Of a stretch of 64,000 nt of DNA, positions 10,959 to 21,249 are shown in pieces. The notes under the pieces were generated by a model. The model had not been told where the DNA came from and did no database searches. It saw only the letters and a program-made list of their open reading frames with translations. Position 1 is the stretch's first letter, and every line of letters starts with the position of its first letter. The stretch comes from Paracoccaceae bacterium (GTDB lineage Bacteria; Pseudomonadota; Alphaproteobacteria; Rhodobacterales; Rhodobacteraceae). A program made the translations under genes and the position numbers. Location: the NCBI GenBank assembly GCA_050633465.1, contig JBOEGO010000010.1, forward strand, positions 3,674 through 67,673, given 5' to 3'.

Positions 10959-12074
10959 ATGTCGCTAAATTCATTCGGGCATTTATTTCGCGTCACGACA
11001 TGGGGTGAAAGCCACGGACCTGCCCTTGGCGCGACGGTCGACGGCTGCCCCCCCGGTGTTCCGATCACCGAGGACATGATCCAGCACTGGCTGGACAAAC
11101 GCAAACCGGGCCAGAACAAATACACCACGCAGCGGCGCGAACCCGATCAGGTGCGCATTCTGTCCGGCGTGTTCCAAGGCGTGACCACAGGCACACCCGT
11201 TCAGTTGATGATCGAAAACACCGACCAGCGGTCCAAGGATTACGGCGATATCTCCGAAAAGTTCCGCCCCGGCCATGCCGATATCACCTATTGGCAAAAA
11301 TACGGGGTGCGTGATTATCGCGGCGGCGGGCGCTCCTCTGCGCGTGAAACAGCGGCGCGTGTGGCTGCGGGCGGATTGGCGCGCGAGGCAATTCGGATGC
11401 TGGCCCCAAAGGTAGAAATCAAGGGCTATATGACGCAGATCGGCCCGCATGGCATTGACCGCGCACGCTTTGACTGGGACCAGATCGACGAAAATCCGTT
11501 TTGGGTGCCCGATGCTGTCGCCGCGGGGGAATGGGCCAATTACATGGACGCCCTGCGCAAATCCGGCAATTCGGTTGGCGCCGTGGTCGAAGTGATCGCG
11601 CGCGGCGTTCCTGCCGGTTTGGGTGCGCCGGTATACGGTAAAATCGACACCGATCTGGCCGCTGCGATGATGTCGATCAACGCCGTAAAAGGCGTGGAAA
11701 TCGGCGAGGGCATGGCCGCGGCGACCCTAACAGGCGAGGAAAACGCCGATGAAATTTTCCTGGGGAATGATGGGCAGCCGGTCTATTCGTCCAACCATGC
11801 GGGCGGCATTCTGGGCGGCATTTCCACAGGTCAGGATCTGGTCGTGCGTTTCGCGGTTAAACCCACGTCCTCCATTCTGAAACCGCGCCAGACCATCACC
11901 AAATCCGGTCAGGCGGCGGAAATTATTACCAAAGGCCGCCACGACCCATGTGTGGGCATCCGCGCCGTGCCCGTAGGCGAGGCAATGATGGCCTGCGTGA
12001 TCCTGGATCATATGCTGTTGAACCGTGCGCAGGTCGGCGGTGCGGTTGGTGACACATTGGGCAAGATCGGCTGA
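10959..12074 (+). CDS. aroC: chorismate synthase
   Basis: 371-aa ORF: [19 protein letters not shown]..., [21 protein letters not shown]. Confidence 0.97.
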   Translation: MSLNSFGHLFRVTTWGESHGPALGATVDGCPPGVPITEDMIQHWLDKRKPGQNKYTTQRREPDQVRILSGVFQGVTTGTPVQLMIENTDQRSKDYGDISEKFRPGHADITYWQKYGVRDYRGGGRSSARETAARVAAGGLAREAIRMLAPKVEIKGYMTQIGPHGIDRARFDWDQIDENPFWVPDAVAAGEWANYMDALRKSGNSVGAVVEVIARGVPAGLGAPVYGKIDTDLAAAMMSINAVKGVEIGEGMAAATLTGEENADEIFLGNDGQPVYSSNHAGGILGGISTGQDLVVRFAVKPTSSILKPRQTITKSGQAAEIITKGRHDPCVGIRAVPVGEAMMACVILDHMLLNRAQVGGAVGDTLGKIG

Positions 12075-12077
12075 GCA

Positions 12078-13022
12078 TTGGGCGGTATCCTTACAATCAC
12101 CCTGCCGATTTTCGCGCTGATCGGGCTTGGCTATGGGTCGGTGCGGTTGGGCATGTTCAAGGTCCAGGATATGCGCGTGCTTGGCACCTATGTGTTGAAC
12201 ATCGCGCTGCCCGCGCTGCTGTTCAATGCTGTGGCCAAACGCAGTTTTTCCGAGGTGCTGAATGTTGAATACTTGTCGGTGTTCTTGCTGGGCGGGTTGG
12301 CAACCATTTTCGTGGTTTATGCCCTGACAGGGGTGCAGGGGGTTGGCCCTGCAAGGCGGGCCATTGCCGCAATGGGATCGGCCTGCCCCAATTCCGGCTA
12401 TGTCGGTTTCCCGATGATATTGCTGATTTTTCCCGATTTGGCGGGTGTGGTTCTGGCCATGAATATGCTGGTGGAAAATTTCATCCTGATCCCGACCTGC
12501 CTGATCCTGTTGGAATTTTCGCGCCCGCGTGCGGGGCGTTCGATCCTGCGGTTGCTGGGTGAAATCCTGTTCAGTGTGGTGCGCCGCCCGCTGGTGATCG
12601 GGCTGTTTCTGGGGTTGGCTGTGTCGATCACCGGGCTGGCCCTGCCTGCCGCTGCGGTGCGCCTGCTGGATGTGCTTGCGGCCTCTGCCTCGGCTTTGGC
12701 CCTGTTCGTGATCGGCGGGTCGCTGGTCGGGCTGCCAACCAAGGGCAACCGCGCCTTGGCGGCGGAAATCGTGGTGGGCAAACTGCTGTTGCATCCAGCG
12801 CTGACCTTTGGCGCGATGGCCCTGCTGGCCGCGATTGGGGTGGGTGTGCCCATGGGCGATCTGGCCGTCGCGTTGATCCTGTCCACGGCGATGCCGATGT
12901 TTGGCATCTACACCCTGCTGGCGCAGGAATACGGATACGAGGGGCTGGCCTCGCTGGCCCTGCTGGGGGCCACCACGGGGGCCTTTGTCACCCTGACCAT
13001 TATGATTGGCTGGCTGGTCTGA
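12078..13022 (+). CDS. AEC (auxin efflux carrier) family transporter
   Basis: 314-aa polytopic ORF (TTG start in the track). N-terminus ...LPIFALIGLGY is typical of the AEC family. Confidence 0.8.
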   Translation: MGGILTITLPIFALIGLGYGSVRLGMFKVQDMRVLGTYVLNIALPALLFNAVAKRSFSEVLNVEYLSVFLLGGLATIFVVYALTGVQGVGPARRAIAAMGSACPNSGYVGFPMILLIFPDLAGVVLAMNMLVENFILIPTCLILLEFSRPRAGRSILRLLGEILFSVVRRPLVIGLFLGLAVSITGLALPAAAVRLLDVLAASASALALFVIGGSLVGLPTKGNRALAAEIVVGKLLLHPALTFGAMALLAAIGVGVPMGDLAVALILSTAMPMFGIYTLLAQEYGYEGLASLALLGATTGAFVTLTIMIGWLV

Positions 13023-13042
13023 CCAGCCGGTTGGCCGGTTGG

Positions 13043-13909
13043 TCAGGGCTTTTGCTTTGACAGTTGCACGGCCAGAATACCCGCAGCGATCACCACCACT
13101 CCGATCACATCCAATGCGCCCAGTTTTTCCCCCAGCAAAGCCGCCGCAATCGCCACACCAAAAAACGGGTTCAGGAAATGAAAGGTCGCGGCCTTGACCG
13201 GGCCGATCATGCCAACCAGCGTGAACCAGACCCATGTGGCGGCCAATCCGGGGATCAGCGTGGTATATAAAAAGGCCGCGATCAACTGCCAGCTCCAGAT
13301 CACATGGAACGGTTCAATCGCCACGGCGACCACGGCCAGACAGGCCGAACCGACCAGCATTTGCAGCCCCACGATCATCATCACATTGCCACCCGATGCC
13401 GCGCCCCGCACCGAAAGCGTGGCCACGGTCAGCGCCACAGAACCCAGCAAACACAGGGTCAGCCCAACGGGATCGACGCCCGCCTCCAGCCGTGCGCCCA
13501 TGATCACGCCGACACCCAGAACGCCCAACACCAACCCCGCCACGCCCAAACGGGGCAGGCGGTCGCGAAACACGATCCATCCGGCAAAGGCCACCATCAG
13601 CGGCATGGTCGAGGCGATGATCGACGCCAGCGATGCTTCGACCCATTGCATGGCAACGAAATTCAGACCCAGATACAGCGCATTCTGGCAAATGCCGAAA
13701 ATGATGGTCGCCCGCCACTGGGCGCGGGTCAATTTGAAGGTCTGGCCAAGCGCAAGCGCAATCGCCACGCCCAGAATCCCGGACACCAGAAACCGCAGCG
13801 ACAAGGATGCAAGCGGCGGCGCATAGGCCACGATCACCCGCGCCGAAGTAAATGCCGAGGACCACATCAGGGCAAAGGCCAGCCCCATCAGAATTGCGCG
13901 CAGGTTCAT
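13043..13909 (-). CDS. DMT superfamily (EamA-like) transporter
   Basis: 288-aa ORF with about 10 TM segments and two EamA-type repeats. Confidence 0.82.
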   Translation of the reverse strand: MNLRAILMGLAFALMWSSAFTSARVIVAYAPPLASLSLRFLVSGILGVAIALALGQTFKLTRAQWRATIIFGICQNALYLGLNFVAMQWVEASLASIIASTMPLMVAFAGWIVFRDRLPRLGVAGLVLGVLGVGVIMGARLEAGVDPVGLTLCLLGSVALTVATLSVRGAASGGNVMMIVGLQMLVGSACLAVVAVAIEPFHVIWSWQLIAAFLYTTLIPGLAATWVWFTLVGMIGPVKAATFHFLNPFFGVAIAAALLGEKLGALDVIGVVVIAAGILAVQLSKQKP

Positions 13910-13922
13910 TTGTACTCCAACG

Positions 13923-13951
13923 AAAAAGGGCCGCCGTTGCGGGCGACCCTT
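13923..13951 (-). terminator. rho-independent terminator after HU gene
   Basis: The minus strand reads AAGGGTCGCCC-gcaac-GGCGGCCCTTTTT, about 25 nt after the HU stop. Confidence 0.7.
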
Positions 13952-13976
13952 TAGAAACTTTGCGATGAATGCAAGA

Positions 13977-14264
13977 TCAGCCGTTAACGCTGTCTTTCAA
14001 AGCCTTCGCGATGGTCATTTTCACAACCTTGTCGGCTTCTTTTTTCATGGTTTCGCCGGTGGCGGGGTTGCGCACCATGCGCTCGGGGCGCTCGCGGCAA
14101 TAGATTTTGCCAACGCCGGGCAGGGTCACTGCGCCGCCACCCGATACTTCGCGGGTGATGATTGCAATCACGGCATCCAGTGCGCCGGTTGCAGTTTTCT
14201 TATCGCTGCCCATTTCTTCGGCCAGTGCGGCCACTAGTTGGGTTTTGGTCATTGGTTTGGACAT
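13977..14264 (-). CDS. hup: HU family DNA-binding protein
   Basis: 95-aa ORF: MTKTQLVAALAEE..., RERPERMVRNPATGE (the HU arm). Confidence 0.95.
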   Translation of the reverse strand: MSKPMTKTQLVAALAEEMGSDKKTATGALDAVIAIITREVSGGGAVTLPGVGKIYCRERPERMVRNPATGETMKKEADKVVKMTIAKALKDSVNG

Positions 14265-14395
14265 ATTTGTCTCCTCGTCTTGCCCGACTATTAGGGCCTC
14301 ATGGGCGGTGATTTAACTGTATCTTGTGGCTTAACACAACGATTAGTGTCGTAAAACAAGGGGAAAACGCACCTTTTACCTATGTTTACCCAAGG

Positions 14396-15880
14396 TCAAA
14401 GGAAGGCTGTCTCGTCAAAACTGCGCAATTTGCGGCTGTGGAGCCGTTCCAGCGGCATATTGCGGAGATGTTCCATGGCACGAATCCCGATCATCAAATG
14501 CCGCGCGACCTGTGTTTTATAGAAATCCGACGCCATTCCCGGCAGTTTCAATTCGCCGTGCAGGGGTTTATCGGATACACACAGCAGCGTGCCATAGGGC
14601 ACCCGAAACCGGAAACCATTGGCGGCGATGGTCGCGCTTTCCATATCCAGCGCAATGGCGCGCGACTGGCTAAGCCGCTGCACGGGGCCGGTTTGATCGC
14701 GCAATTCCCAATTGCGGTTGTCGACGCTGGCCACGGTGCCGGTGCGCATGATGCGTTTCAGCTCGTATCCGGTCAGCTCGGTCACCTCGGCCACGGCGGT
14801 TTCCAGCGAGGTCTGGATTTCGGCCAAAGCAGGCACCGGCACCCAGACGGGCAGGTCATCATCCAGCACCTTGTCTTCGCGCAGATAGGCATGAGCCAGC
14901 ACGAAATCACCCAAGGACTGTGAATTGCGCAGGCCAGCACAATGGCCGACCATCAGCCATGCATGCGGGCGCAGCACCGCAATATGGTCGGTGGCGGTTT
15001 TGGCATTCGACGGCCCAACCCCGATGTTGACCAGCGTGATCCCCGACCCGTCAGCACGTTTCAAATGATAGGTCGGCATTTGCGGCATCTTAGCGGGGGG
15101 GTGCAGCGGTTCGTCATCCCGCGTGATTTCAACATTTCCGGTGCTGACAAAGGCAGTATAGCCACTGTCGGGATCAGCCAGCATTTTGCGGGCGTAGCCT
15201 TCGAATTCGGCGACATAGAACTGGTAGTTGGTGAACAGCACATGGTTTTGAAAATGTTCGGGGTCGGTCGCGGTGTAATGCGCCAGACGGGCCAGCGAAT
15301 AATCCACCCGCTGCGCAGTAAAGGGCGCAAGCGGCCCCGTGCCATCGGGCGGCGTTACATAGGTGCCGTTCACAATGTCATCATGGGTGGTGGTCAGATC
15401 GGGCACATCAAACACATCGCGCAGGGTAAACTGCGCCGCGCCCTCTTGTGGGACGGACAGCGCTGCGTCATGGGCCACGGCAAAATGCACCGGCATCGGC
15501 GTATCCGACAGGCTGATCACAACGGGCGTGCCATAGTTTTGCAGCAATATCCCGATTTGCTGGCGTAGGTATTGGCGAAACAGATCGGGGCGCGTGATGG
15601 TGGCGGCATAGGTGCCCGGCGCGGCAACATGGCCGAAACTTAGCCGACTGTCGATCTTGGCAAAGCTGGTCGTGGTGATGCGGACCTCGGGGTAGAAGGC
15701 GCGATACCGCTGCTCCGGTGCGCCGTTTTGCAGGGTTTGGGCAAAATGATCGCACAGGAAACGGGTGGCGGTTTCATACAGCTGCTCCAGCCGCTCCACC
15801 GCTTTGACGGGGTCGTCAAATGCCTCTGGCGCGGGGGTGTCCGGCGTCAGGATCGGCCATTCTGTTGCCTCTGCGTGCAT
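14396..15880 (-). CDS. amn: AMP nucleosidase
   Basis: 494-aa ORF, colinear from memory with E. coli Amn (ITLVNIGVGPSNAKT, DMESATIAA, YGTLLCVSDKPLHGE, LHSRKLR). Confidence 0.93.
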   Translation of the reverse strand: MHAEATEWPILTPDTPAPEAFDDPVKAVERLEQLYETATRFLCDHFAQTLQNGAPEQRYRAFYPEVRITTTSFAKIDSRLSFGHVAAPGTYAATITRPDLFRQYLRQQIGILLQNYGTPVVISLSDTPMPVHFAVAHDAALSVPQEGAAQFTLRDVFDVPDLTTTHDDIVNGTYVTPPDGTGPLAPFTAQRVDYSLARLAHYTATDPEHFQNHVLFTNYQFYVAEFEGYARKMLADPDSGYTAFVSTGNVEITRDDEPLHPPAKMPQMPTYHLKRADGSGITLVNIGVGPSNAKTATDHIAVLRPHAWLMVGHCAGLRNSQSLGDFVLAHAYLREDKVLDDDLPVWVPVPALAEIQTSLETAVAEVTELTGYELKRIMRTGTVASVDNRNWELRDQTGPVQRLSQSRAIALDMESATIAANGFRFRVPYGTLLCVSDKPLHGELKLPGMASDFYKTQVARHLMIGIRAMEHLRNMPLERLHSRKLRSFDETAFL

Positions 15881-15895
15881 GGTTATTCCCTTGGA

Positions 15896-16669
15896 TTAGG
15901 CCGCTTGCGCCGCATCTGCGGGCCGGATGAACAGCAATTGACCGGCGTCGCTTTGATCGGGCTGGAACTGATAACCGCCCGTATCGAAATCGCACAACTG
16001 GGCGGGGTCGCTCAGACGGTTCTGGATGATAAACCGCGCCATGGCACCACGGGCGCGTTTGGCGAAAAACGATACCACCTTTGGCCCTTGGGGTTTTTCC
16101 TCCATGAAGACGGGCGTGATGATGCGCGGTTTCAACGCGGCCTGATCCACCGCGCCGAAATATTCCTGACTGGCGCAATTGACCAAAATGTCGGTGCCCG
16201 CCGCATCGGCGCGTTTGTTCAGCTCTTTGCTGATGGCGCTGCCCCAGTATTCATACAGGTTCTTGCCCTGCGGGGTTTTCAAACGGCTGCCCATTTCCAG
16301 ACGGTAGGGTTGGATCGCATCCAACGGGCGCAGCACACCATAAAGGCCGGACAGGATTTGCAGATGATCCTGTGCAAATGCCATTTCATCGCCGTCAAGC
16401 GAGGCAAATTCCAGCCCCTGATAGGTGTCCCCGGCAAAGGCAAGCGCGGCGGGTTTTTCATCCATCTTGCCATAGTCACGAAAACGATCGGCGTTCAGTT
16501 TCGCCAGATTTTCGGAAATATGCATCAGCTTCATCAGATCACCCACCGACAGATCCCGCGCCACCGTTGCCAGTTTGGCGGCCCTGGGTTTGAACACGGG
16601 CGTGGTGGGGGTGATGCCCTGCACCGGGGTCATGTCCATCTTCTTGGCGGGTGAAACGGTGATCAGCAT
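15896..16669 (-). CDS. yaaA: peroxide stress protein YaaA (DUF328)
   Basis: 257-aa ORF: MLITVSPAKKMD..., LSGLYGVLRPLD..QPYRLEM. Confidence 0.9.
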   Translation of the reverse strand: MLITVSPAKKMDMTPVQGITPTTPVFKPRAAKLATVARDLSVGDLMKLMHISENLAKLNADRFRDYGKMDEKPAALAFAGDTYQGLEFASLDGDEMAFAQDHLQILSGLYGVLRPLDAIQPYRLEMGSRLKTPQGKNLYEYWGSAISKELNKRADAAGTDILVNCASQEYFGAVDQAALKPRIITPVFMEEKPQGPKVVSFFAKRARGAMARFIIQNRLSDPAQLCDFDTGGYQFQPDQSDAGQLLFIRPADAAQAA

Positions 16670-16699
16670 GTTATTCCCTTTGTAATTCAGGCGATGAAC

Positions 16700-18745
16700 C
16701 TAGCCCGCATCGGCCAGCACGTCCAGAAACGCGGTGCCAAAGCGTTCAACCTCCCGCGCCCCCATGCCGGGCAGGCGTTCCAGATCAGACAGGGTAGACG
16801 GGCGGCGTTCTGCAATATGGCGCAGTGTGGAATGGGCGCAGCTGAGCGGTTTTTGCGTGCCATCCACGCCGCGTTGCAGGGTGTTTTGTATATCCAGCAG
16901 GCGGTCAAACAATGCGCCCTGCGGTTTGCCTGCCATTTTGCGGCGCATCGGATGCATCTGCGCGGCGCCCGAATTGATCACGGTCAGGAATTCGCGCCCG
17001 TAGCGTTCCAGCTTTTTCGCACCCACACCGGAAATGCGCGCCATCTGGTCCAGAGTTTGCGGGCGGGTTTCGGCCATTTCGATCAGGGTTTTATCCGTGA
17101 AAATCACATAGGCGGGCACATTGGCGGATTCGGCCAACCCGCGGCGTTTCGCCTTTAGCGCGGACAGCAGCGGCGCGTCTTCCTCGCCCACCAATGCTTT
17201 CACGGCGGGGCGACGATCGGGGCGTTGCACGCTGTCCGATCGCAAGGTGATGCCGGATTCACCCTTTAGAATAGGGATTGCGCCATCGGTCATGGTCAGC
17301 GCGCCGTGGCGGTCAGGGTTGGGGCGCATCAGGTCATGGCCCATCATTTGCCGGAAAATCGCCTGCCACTGCGGTTTGGAATATTCGCGCCCCACGCCGA
17401 ACGTCGGCAGGGCATCATGGCCGCGTTGCTGCACCTTATCCGTATTGTTCCCCATCAGGATGTCGATCAGATGGCCCGCGCCAAACCATTCCTCGGTGCG
17501 CAGGGCCGCCGACAATGCCTTGCGCACGGCAAGGGTCGCGTCAAAGGTTTCCGCCGGTTTGTCGCACAGGTCGCAGTTGCCGCAGGGTTCGGATGTTTCG
17601 CCAAAATAGGTCAGCAGGTTCTGGCGGCGGCATTTCATTGCCTCGGCCAGACCCAGCAGGGCATTCAGGCGGCCATGATCCGCGATGCGACGTTCGGGCG
17701 GGGCCAGCCCTTCGTCGATCTGGGTGCGGCGCAGGCGAATGTCATCGGTGCCAAACAGGGTCAGGGTTTCGGCGGGCGCACCATCACGGCCTGCGCGGCC
17801 GATTTCCTGATAATAGGATTCTATGGATTTGGGCAGATCGGCGTGGGCGACCCAGCGGATATCGGGTTTATCCACCCCCATGCCAAAGGCCACGGTGGCG
17901 ACCACGATCAGCCCGTCCTCCTGGCTGAAACGGGTTTCGACATGGCGGCGGTCATCCGGGTCCATGCCGCCGTGGTAGTGACAGGCCGAATGCCCGTCGT
18001 CGCGCAGCGCCTTGGCCAGTGTTTCGGTTTTGGCGCGGGTGCCGCAATACACAATGCCCGATTGCCCCTTGCGCGCCGCCGCAAACGACAGGATCTGGCG
18101 GCGCGGGCTGTCCTTGGCGGCAAAAGCAAGGTGGATATTGGGGCGGTCAAACCCGTGTAGAAACACCTGTGGCGCAGCACCATCAAACAGGCGTTTGACA
18201 ATTTCCTGCTGGGTTTCGGCATCTGCGGTGGCGGTAAAGGCGGCCAATGGCACGCCAAGCGCACGGCGCAATTCACCAATGCGCAGGTAATCAGGGCGAA
18301 AATCATGGCCCCATTGCGACACGCAATGCGCCTCGTCCACGGCGATCAGGTTGACGTTGATACGCCGCAACATCCCCATGGCAGACCCCGCCGCCAACCG
18401 TTCGGGCGCGATATACAGCAGCTTTAACCGCCCGTCGTCCAAGGCACGCCAGACCGCATCTGTTTCTTCTTCGGTATTGCCGGATGTCAGCGCGCCCGCT
18501 TCGACCCCTGCCTCGCGCAGGCCGCGCACCTGATCGCGCATCAGGGCAATCAGCGGTGAAATCACCACCGTCACACCGTCGCGCATCAGCGCAGGCAATT
18601 GAAAACACAGGGATTTACCGCCGCCCGTCGGCATGATCGCCAGCACGTTTTCACCGCCCGCCACGGCGGTAACGATATCCGCCTGACCGGGGCGGAACGC
18701 ATCATATCCGAATACGTCCCTAAGAAGCGTGGCAGCGCCGTCCAT
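16700..18745 (-). CDS. recQ: ATP-dependent DNA helicase RecQ
   Basis: 681-aa ORF. Helicase motifs (PTGGGKSLCFQLPA, DEAHCVSQWGHDFR), a Zn-binding Cys cluster, and RQC and HRDC regions. Confidence 0.95.
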   Translation of the reverse strand: MDGAATLLRDVFGYDAFRPGQADIVTAVAGGENVLAIMPTGGGKSLCFQLPALMRDGVTVVISPLIALMRDQVRGLREAGVEAGALTSGNTEEETDAVWRALDDGRLKLLYIAPERLAAGSAMGMLRRINVNLIAVDEAHCVSQWGHDFRPDYLRIGELRRALGVPLAAFTATADAETQQEIVKRLFDGAAPQVFLHGFDRPNIHLAFAAKDSPRRQILSFAAARKGQSGIVYCGTRAKTETLAKALRDDGHSACHYHGGMDPDDRRHVETRFSQEDGLIVVATVAFGMGVDKPDIRWVAHADLPKSIESYYQEIGRAGRDGAPAETLTLFGTDDIRLRRTQIDEGLAPPERRIADHGRLNALLGLAEAMKCRRQNLLTYFGETSEPCGNCDLCDKPAETFDATLAVRKALSAALRTEEWFGAGHLIDILMGNNTDKVQQRGHDALPTFGVGREYSKPQWQAIFRQMMGHDLMRPNPDRHGALTMTDGAIPILKGESGITLRSDSVQRPDRRPAVKALVGEEDAPLLSALKAKRRGLAESANVPAYVIFTDKTLIEMAETRPQTLDQMARISGVGAKKLERYGREFLTVINSGAAQMHPMRRKMAGKPQGALFDRLLDIQNTLQRGVDGTQKPLSCAHSTLRHIAERRPSTLSDLERLPGMGAREVERFGTAFLDVLADAG

Positions 18746-18826
18746 GAGATACCTGTAAGATTTTATTCAACTGCTCTTACTGGAATCATTTCACACTAAG
18801 ATTCGGTGAACAAGGGCGGTTTAGCC

Positions 18827-19114
18827 CTAATAAAACATCGCCGCATTGTTCGACAGAATGATGCGCAGCGCGTAAATCCCGATCAGCACGATCAGCGGCG
18901 CAAGGTCGATGCCCGACATCGGCGGCAACATGCGCCGGATCGGGCCATAAATGGGTTCAACCAGCCGGTTCAAACCATACCAGATTTGCGCAACGAACTG
19001 TTGATGCAGGTTCAGCACCTGAAAATTGATCAGCCAGCTCATGATGATATGGGCGATGATAAAGAACCAGACGATATCAAGGATCAGCATCAGGATCATA
19101 AACAGGGATTGCAT
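18827..19114 (-). CDS. YggT family membrane protein
   Basis: Only the C-terminal 95 aa of the track ORF (from MQSLFMILM...) look real. Two TM segments and a YggT-like core. Confidence 0.75.
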   Translation of the reverse strand: MQSLFMILMLILDIVWFFIIAHIIMSWLINFQVLNLHQQFVAQIWYGLNRLVEPIYGPIRRMLPPMSGIDLAPLIVLIGIYALRIILSNNAAMFY

Positions 19115-19240
19115 GGGCGTCCTTTCGATTGCGCGCTGAATACCTAAGCACGTCACATCAAAAGGGCAAGGGTGCCGCGAGGTAGTTGGTTGACGCGCAC
19201 CCCCATAGCGGGAATCAAAACAGGACCAAGGAGAGCCTGC

Positions 19241-19786
19241 ATGTATCCCTTCATCCGTCTGACCAAAGAGTTTATCAAATTCCGCAATGCGCCCGAACTG
19301 GACGTGACCCAAGAACATGTGTCGCGCCACATGTGCCTGCCCTGGGATCTGGATTTCATGATGGAGCTGAACAACGGGCGCACCCTGACCCTGTATGATC
19401 TGGGGCGGCTGGTTTTAGCAAAACGCATGGGGCTGCTGCACGCAATCCGTGACAACCGTTGGGGCCTGACCATGGCAGGCGCATCGGTGCGCTATCGCCG
19501 ACGCATTCGCATGTTCGAGGTGATCACCATGCGATCACGCGTCACCTGTTGGGACGCGCGGTTTGTCTATCTGGAACAATCCATGTGGAAGAAAAACGGC
19601 GAATGCGCAGGGCATATCGTTTACCGCGTGGCCGTCACCGACACCGCTGGCATTGTCGACACCGGGCGTTTGTCTCTGGCGCTTGGCACCGCTGTCGAAA
19701 GCCCGCCAGTCCCTGACTGGATTGCACATTGGATCACCGCCGAGGATGCACGCCCATGGCCGCCTATGCCCGAAAAAACCGCCTGA
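19241..19786 (+). CDS. thioesterase (hotdog-fold) family protein
   Basis: Start moved to MYPFIRL..., preceded by AAGGAGAG. The sequence resembles the acyl-CoA thioesterase hotdog family. Family assignment is from memory only. Confidence 0.6.
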   Translation: MYPFIRLTKEFIKFRNAPELDVTQEHVSRHMCLPWDLDFMMELNNGRTLTLYDLGRLVLAKRMGLLHAIRDNRWGLTMAGASVRYRRRIRMFEVITMRSRVTCWDARFVYLEQSMWKKNGECAGHIVYRVAVTDTAGIVDTGRLSLALGTAVESPPVPDWIAHWITAEDARPWPPMPEKTA

Positions 19787-19869
19787 ACTGATGATTACAA
19801 GCAAGGATTGTCTTGCTTGTGTCGCACAACCCCTGCATTGAATTAACAAAAATTCCGGGGGGATCGGGG

Positions 19870-21249
19870 ATGACCAATATCATAGCAGAGGCGAAAATCG
19901 CACTGCCCAATCGCAAACGCATATGGGGATGGTTCTTTTTCGATTGGGCCAGCCAGCCCTATAACACCCTGCTACTGACCTTTATTTTTGGCCCCTATGT
20001 GGTTGAACTGGTCGGAGACGGGTCAAAGGCGCAGTCGGTCTGGGGATATGGTGTTGGCGCGGCTGGATTGGTCATTGCGATCCTTGCGCCGATCCTGGGC
20101 GCGATGGCGGATATTTCGGGCAAACGTATCCGCTGGATTTGGCTGTTTTCGGCCATGTATTTTGTCGGCTCTTTCGGGCTGTGGTGGGCCGCGCCGGACA
20201 GTTTCAACCTGTATGCCACGCTATTGTTGTTCGCCATCGGGCTGATCGGCATGGAATTTGCCACGATTTTCACCAATGCCATGCTGCCCGACCTTGCCCC
20301 AAAAGAGGAAATCGGCCGCCTGTCCGGCAATGGCTGGGCCTTTGGCTATGTCGGCGGGTTGATCGCATTGGTGATCATGCTGACCCTGCTGGCGGACAAT
20401 GCCAGCACGGGAAAAACCCTGATCGGCATTGACCCGATATTGGGGCTGGACGCGAGCAACCGCGAAGGCACCCGCGCCGTGGGTCCGTTGACCGCGATCT
20501 GGTTTGCGGTGTTCATGGTGCCGTTTTTCCTGTGGGTGCGTGACCCGAAATCGGCCAAACCGCCCAAGGGCGCGTTGAAATCGGCGCTAAAGGACGTGCG
20601 CATCAACCTGCGCAACCTACCGCAAACCCCGTCGCTGATGGCCTATTTGGCGTCATCTATGTTTTACCGCGATGCGCTGAACGGCATGTATGTTTTTGGC
20701 GGCATCTATGCCAGCGGCGTGCTGGGATGGACCACGACGAACATCGGCATTTTCGGGATCGTCACGATCATTTCAGGCGCGATATTTGCATGGCTGGGTG
20801 GCCATGCCGACCAGAGGTTCGGCCCGAAACGGGTGATCCGCTGGTGCATTCTGCTGCTGACATTCGTGGCCATTTCCATTGTATTTATCGCACCTGACAG
20901 CGTGATGGGCATTTCGGTGGGCGAAGAATCCAACCTGCCGGACATCGCGTTTTTCGTGATGGGGGTCTTGATTGGCGCTGCCGGTGGTGTGCTGCAATCG
21001 GCCAGTCGCACGATGATGGTGCGTCAGGCCAACCCGGCACGGATGACGGAATCTTTCGGGCTTTATGCGCTTGCGGGTAAGGCCACATCATTCATTGCGC
21101 CCGCGCTGATCGGGCTGGTGACACAGATCACCGGCAGCCAACAATTGGGCATTTCCCCGCTGATGTTCCTTTTCCTTCTGGGGTTGGTGCTGTTAACCTG
21201 GGTGAAACCCGAAGGAGATTCCGACAAATGGTCCGCTTTGCCGCACTGA
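19870..21249 (+). CDS. MFS transporter (UMF1-like)
   Basis: About 460-aa polytopic ORF starting at MTNIIAE.... 12-TM MFS-like pattern. Confidence 0.78.
   Translation: MTNIIAEAKIALPNRKRIWGWFFFDWASQPYNTLLLTFIFGPYVVELVGDGSKAQSVWGYGVGAAGLVIAILAPILGAMADISGKRIRWIWLFSAMYFVGSFGLWWAAPDSFNLYATLLLFAIGLIGMEFATIFTNAMLPDLAPKEEIGRLSGNGWAFGYVGGLIALVIMLTLLADNASTGKTLIGIDPILGLDASNREGTRAVGPLTAIWFAVFMVPFFLWVRDPKSAKPPKGALKSALKDVRINLRNLPQTPSLMAYLASSMFYRDALNGMYVFGGIYASGVLGWTTTNIGIFGIVTIISGAIFAWLGGHADQRFGPKRVIRWCILLLTFVAISIVFIAPDSVMGISVGEESNLPDIAFFVMGVLIGAAGGVLQSASRTMMVRQANPARMTESFGLYALAGKATSFIAPALIGLVTQITGSQQLGISPLMFLFLLGLVLLTWVKPEGDSDKWSALPH

Noticed and set aside
11727-13235. A 502-aa minus-strand ORF across the aroC 3' end, the AEC transporter gene and the EamA 3' end.
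   Set aside because: The translation is Q/R/G/H-rich nonsense that overlaps three well-supported genes on both strands.
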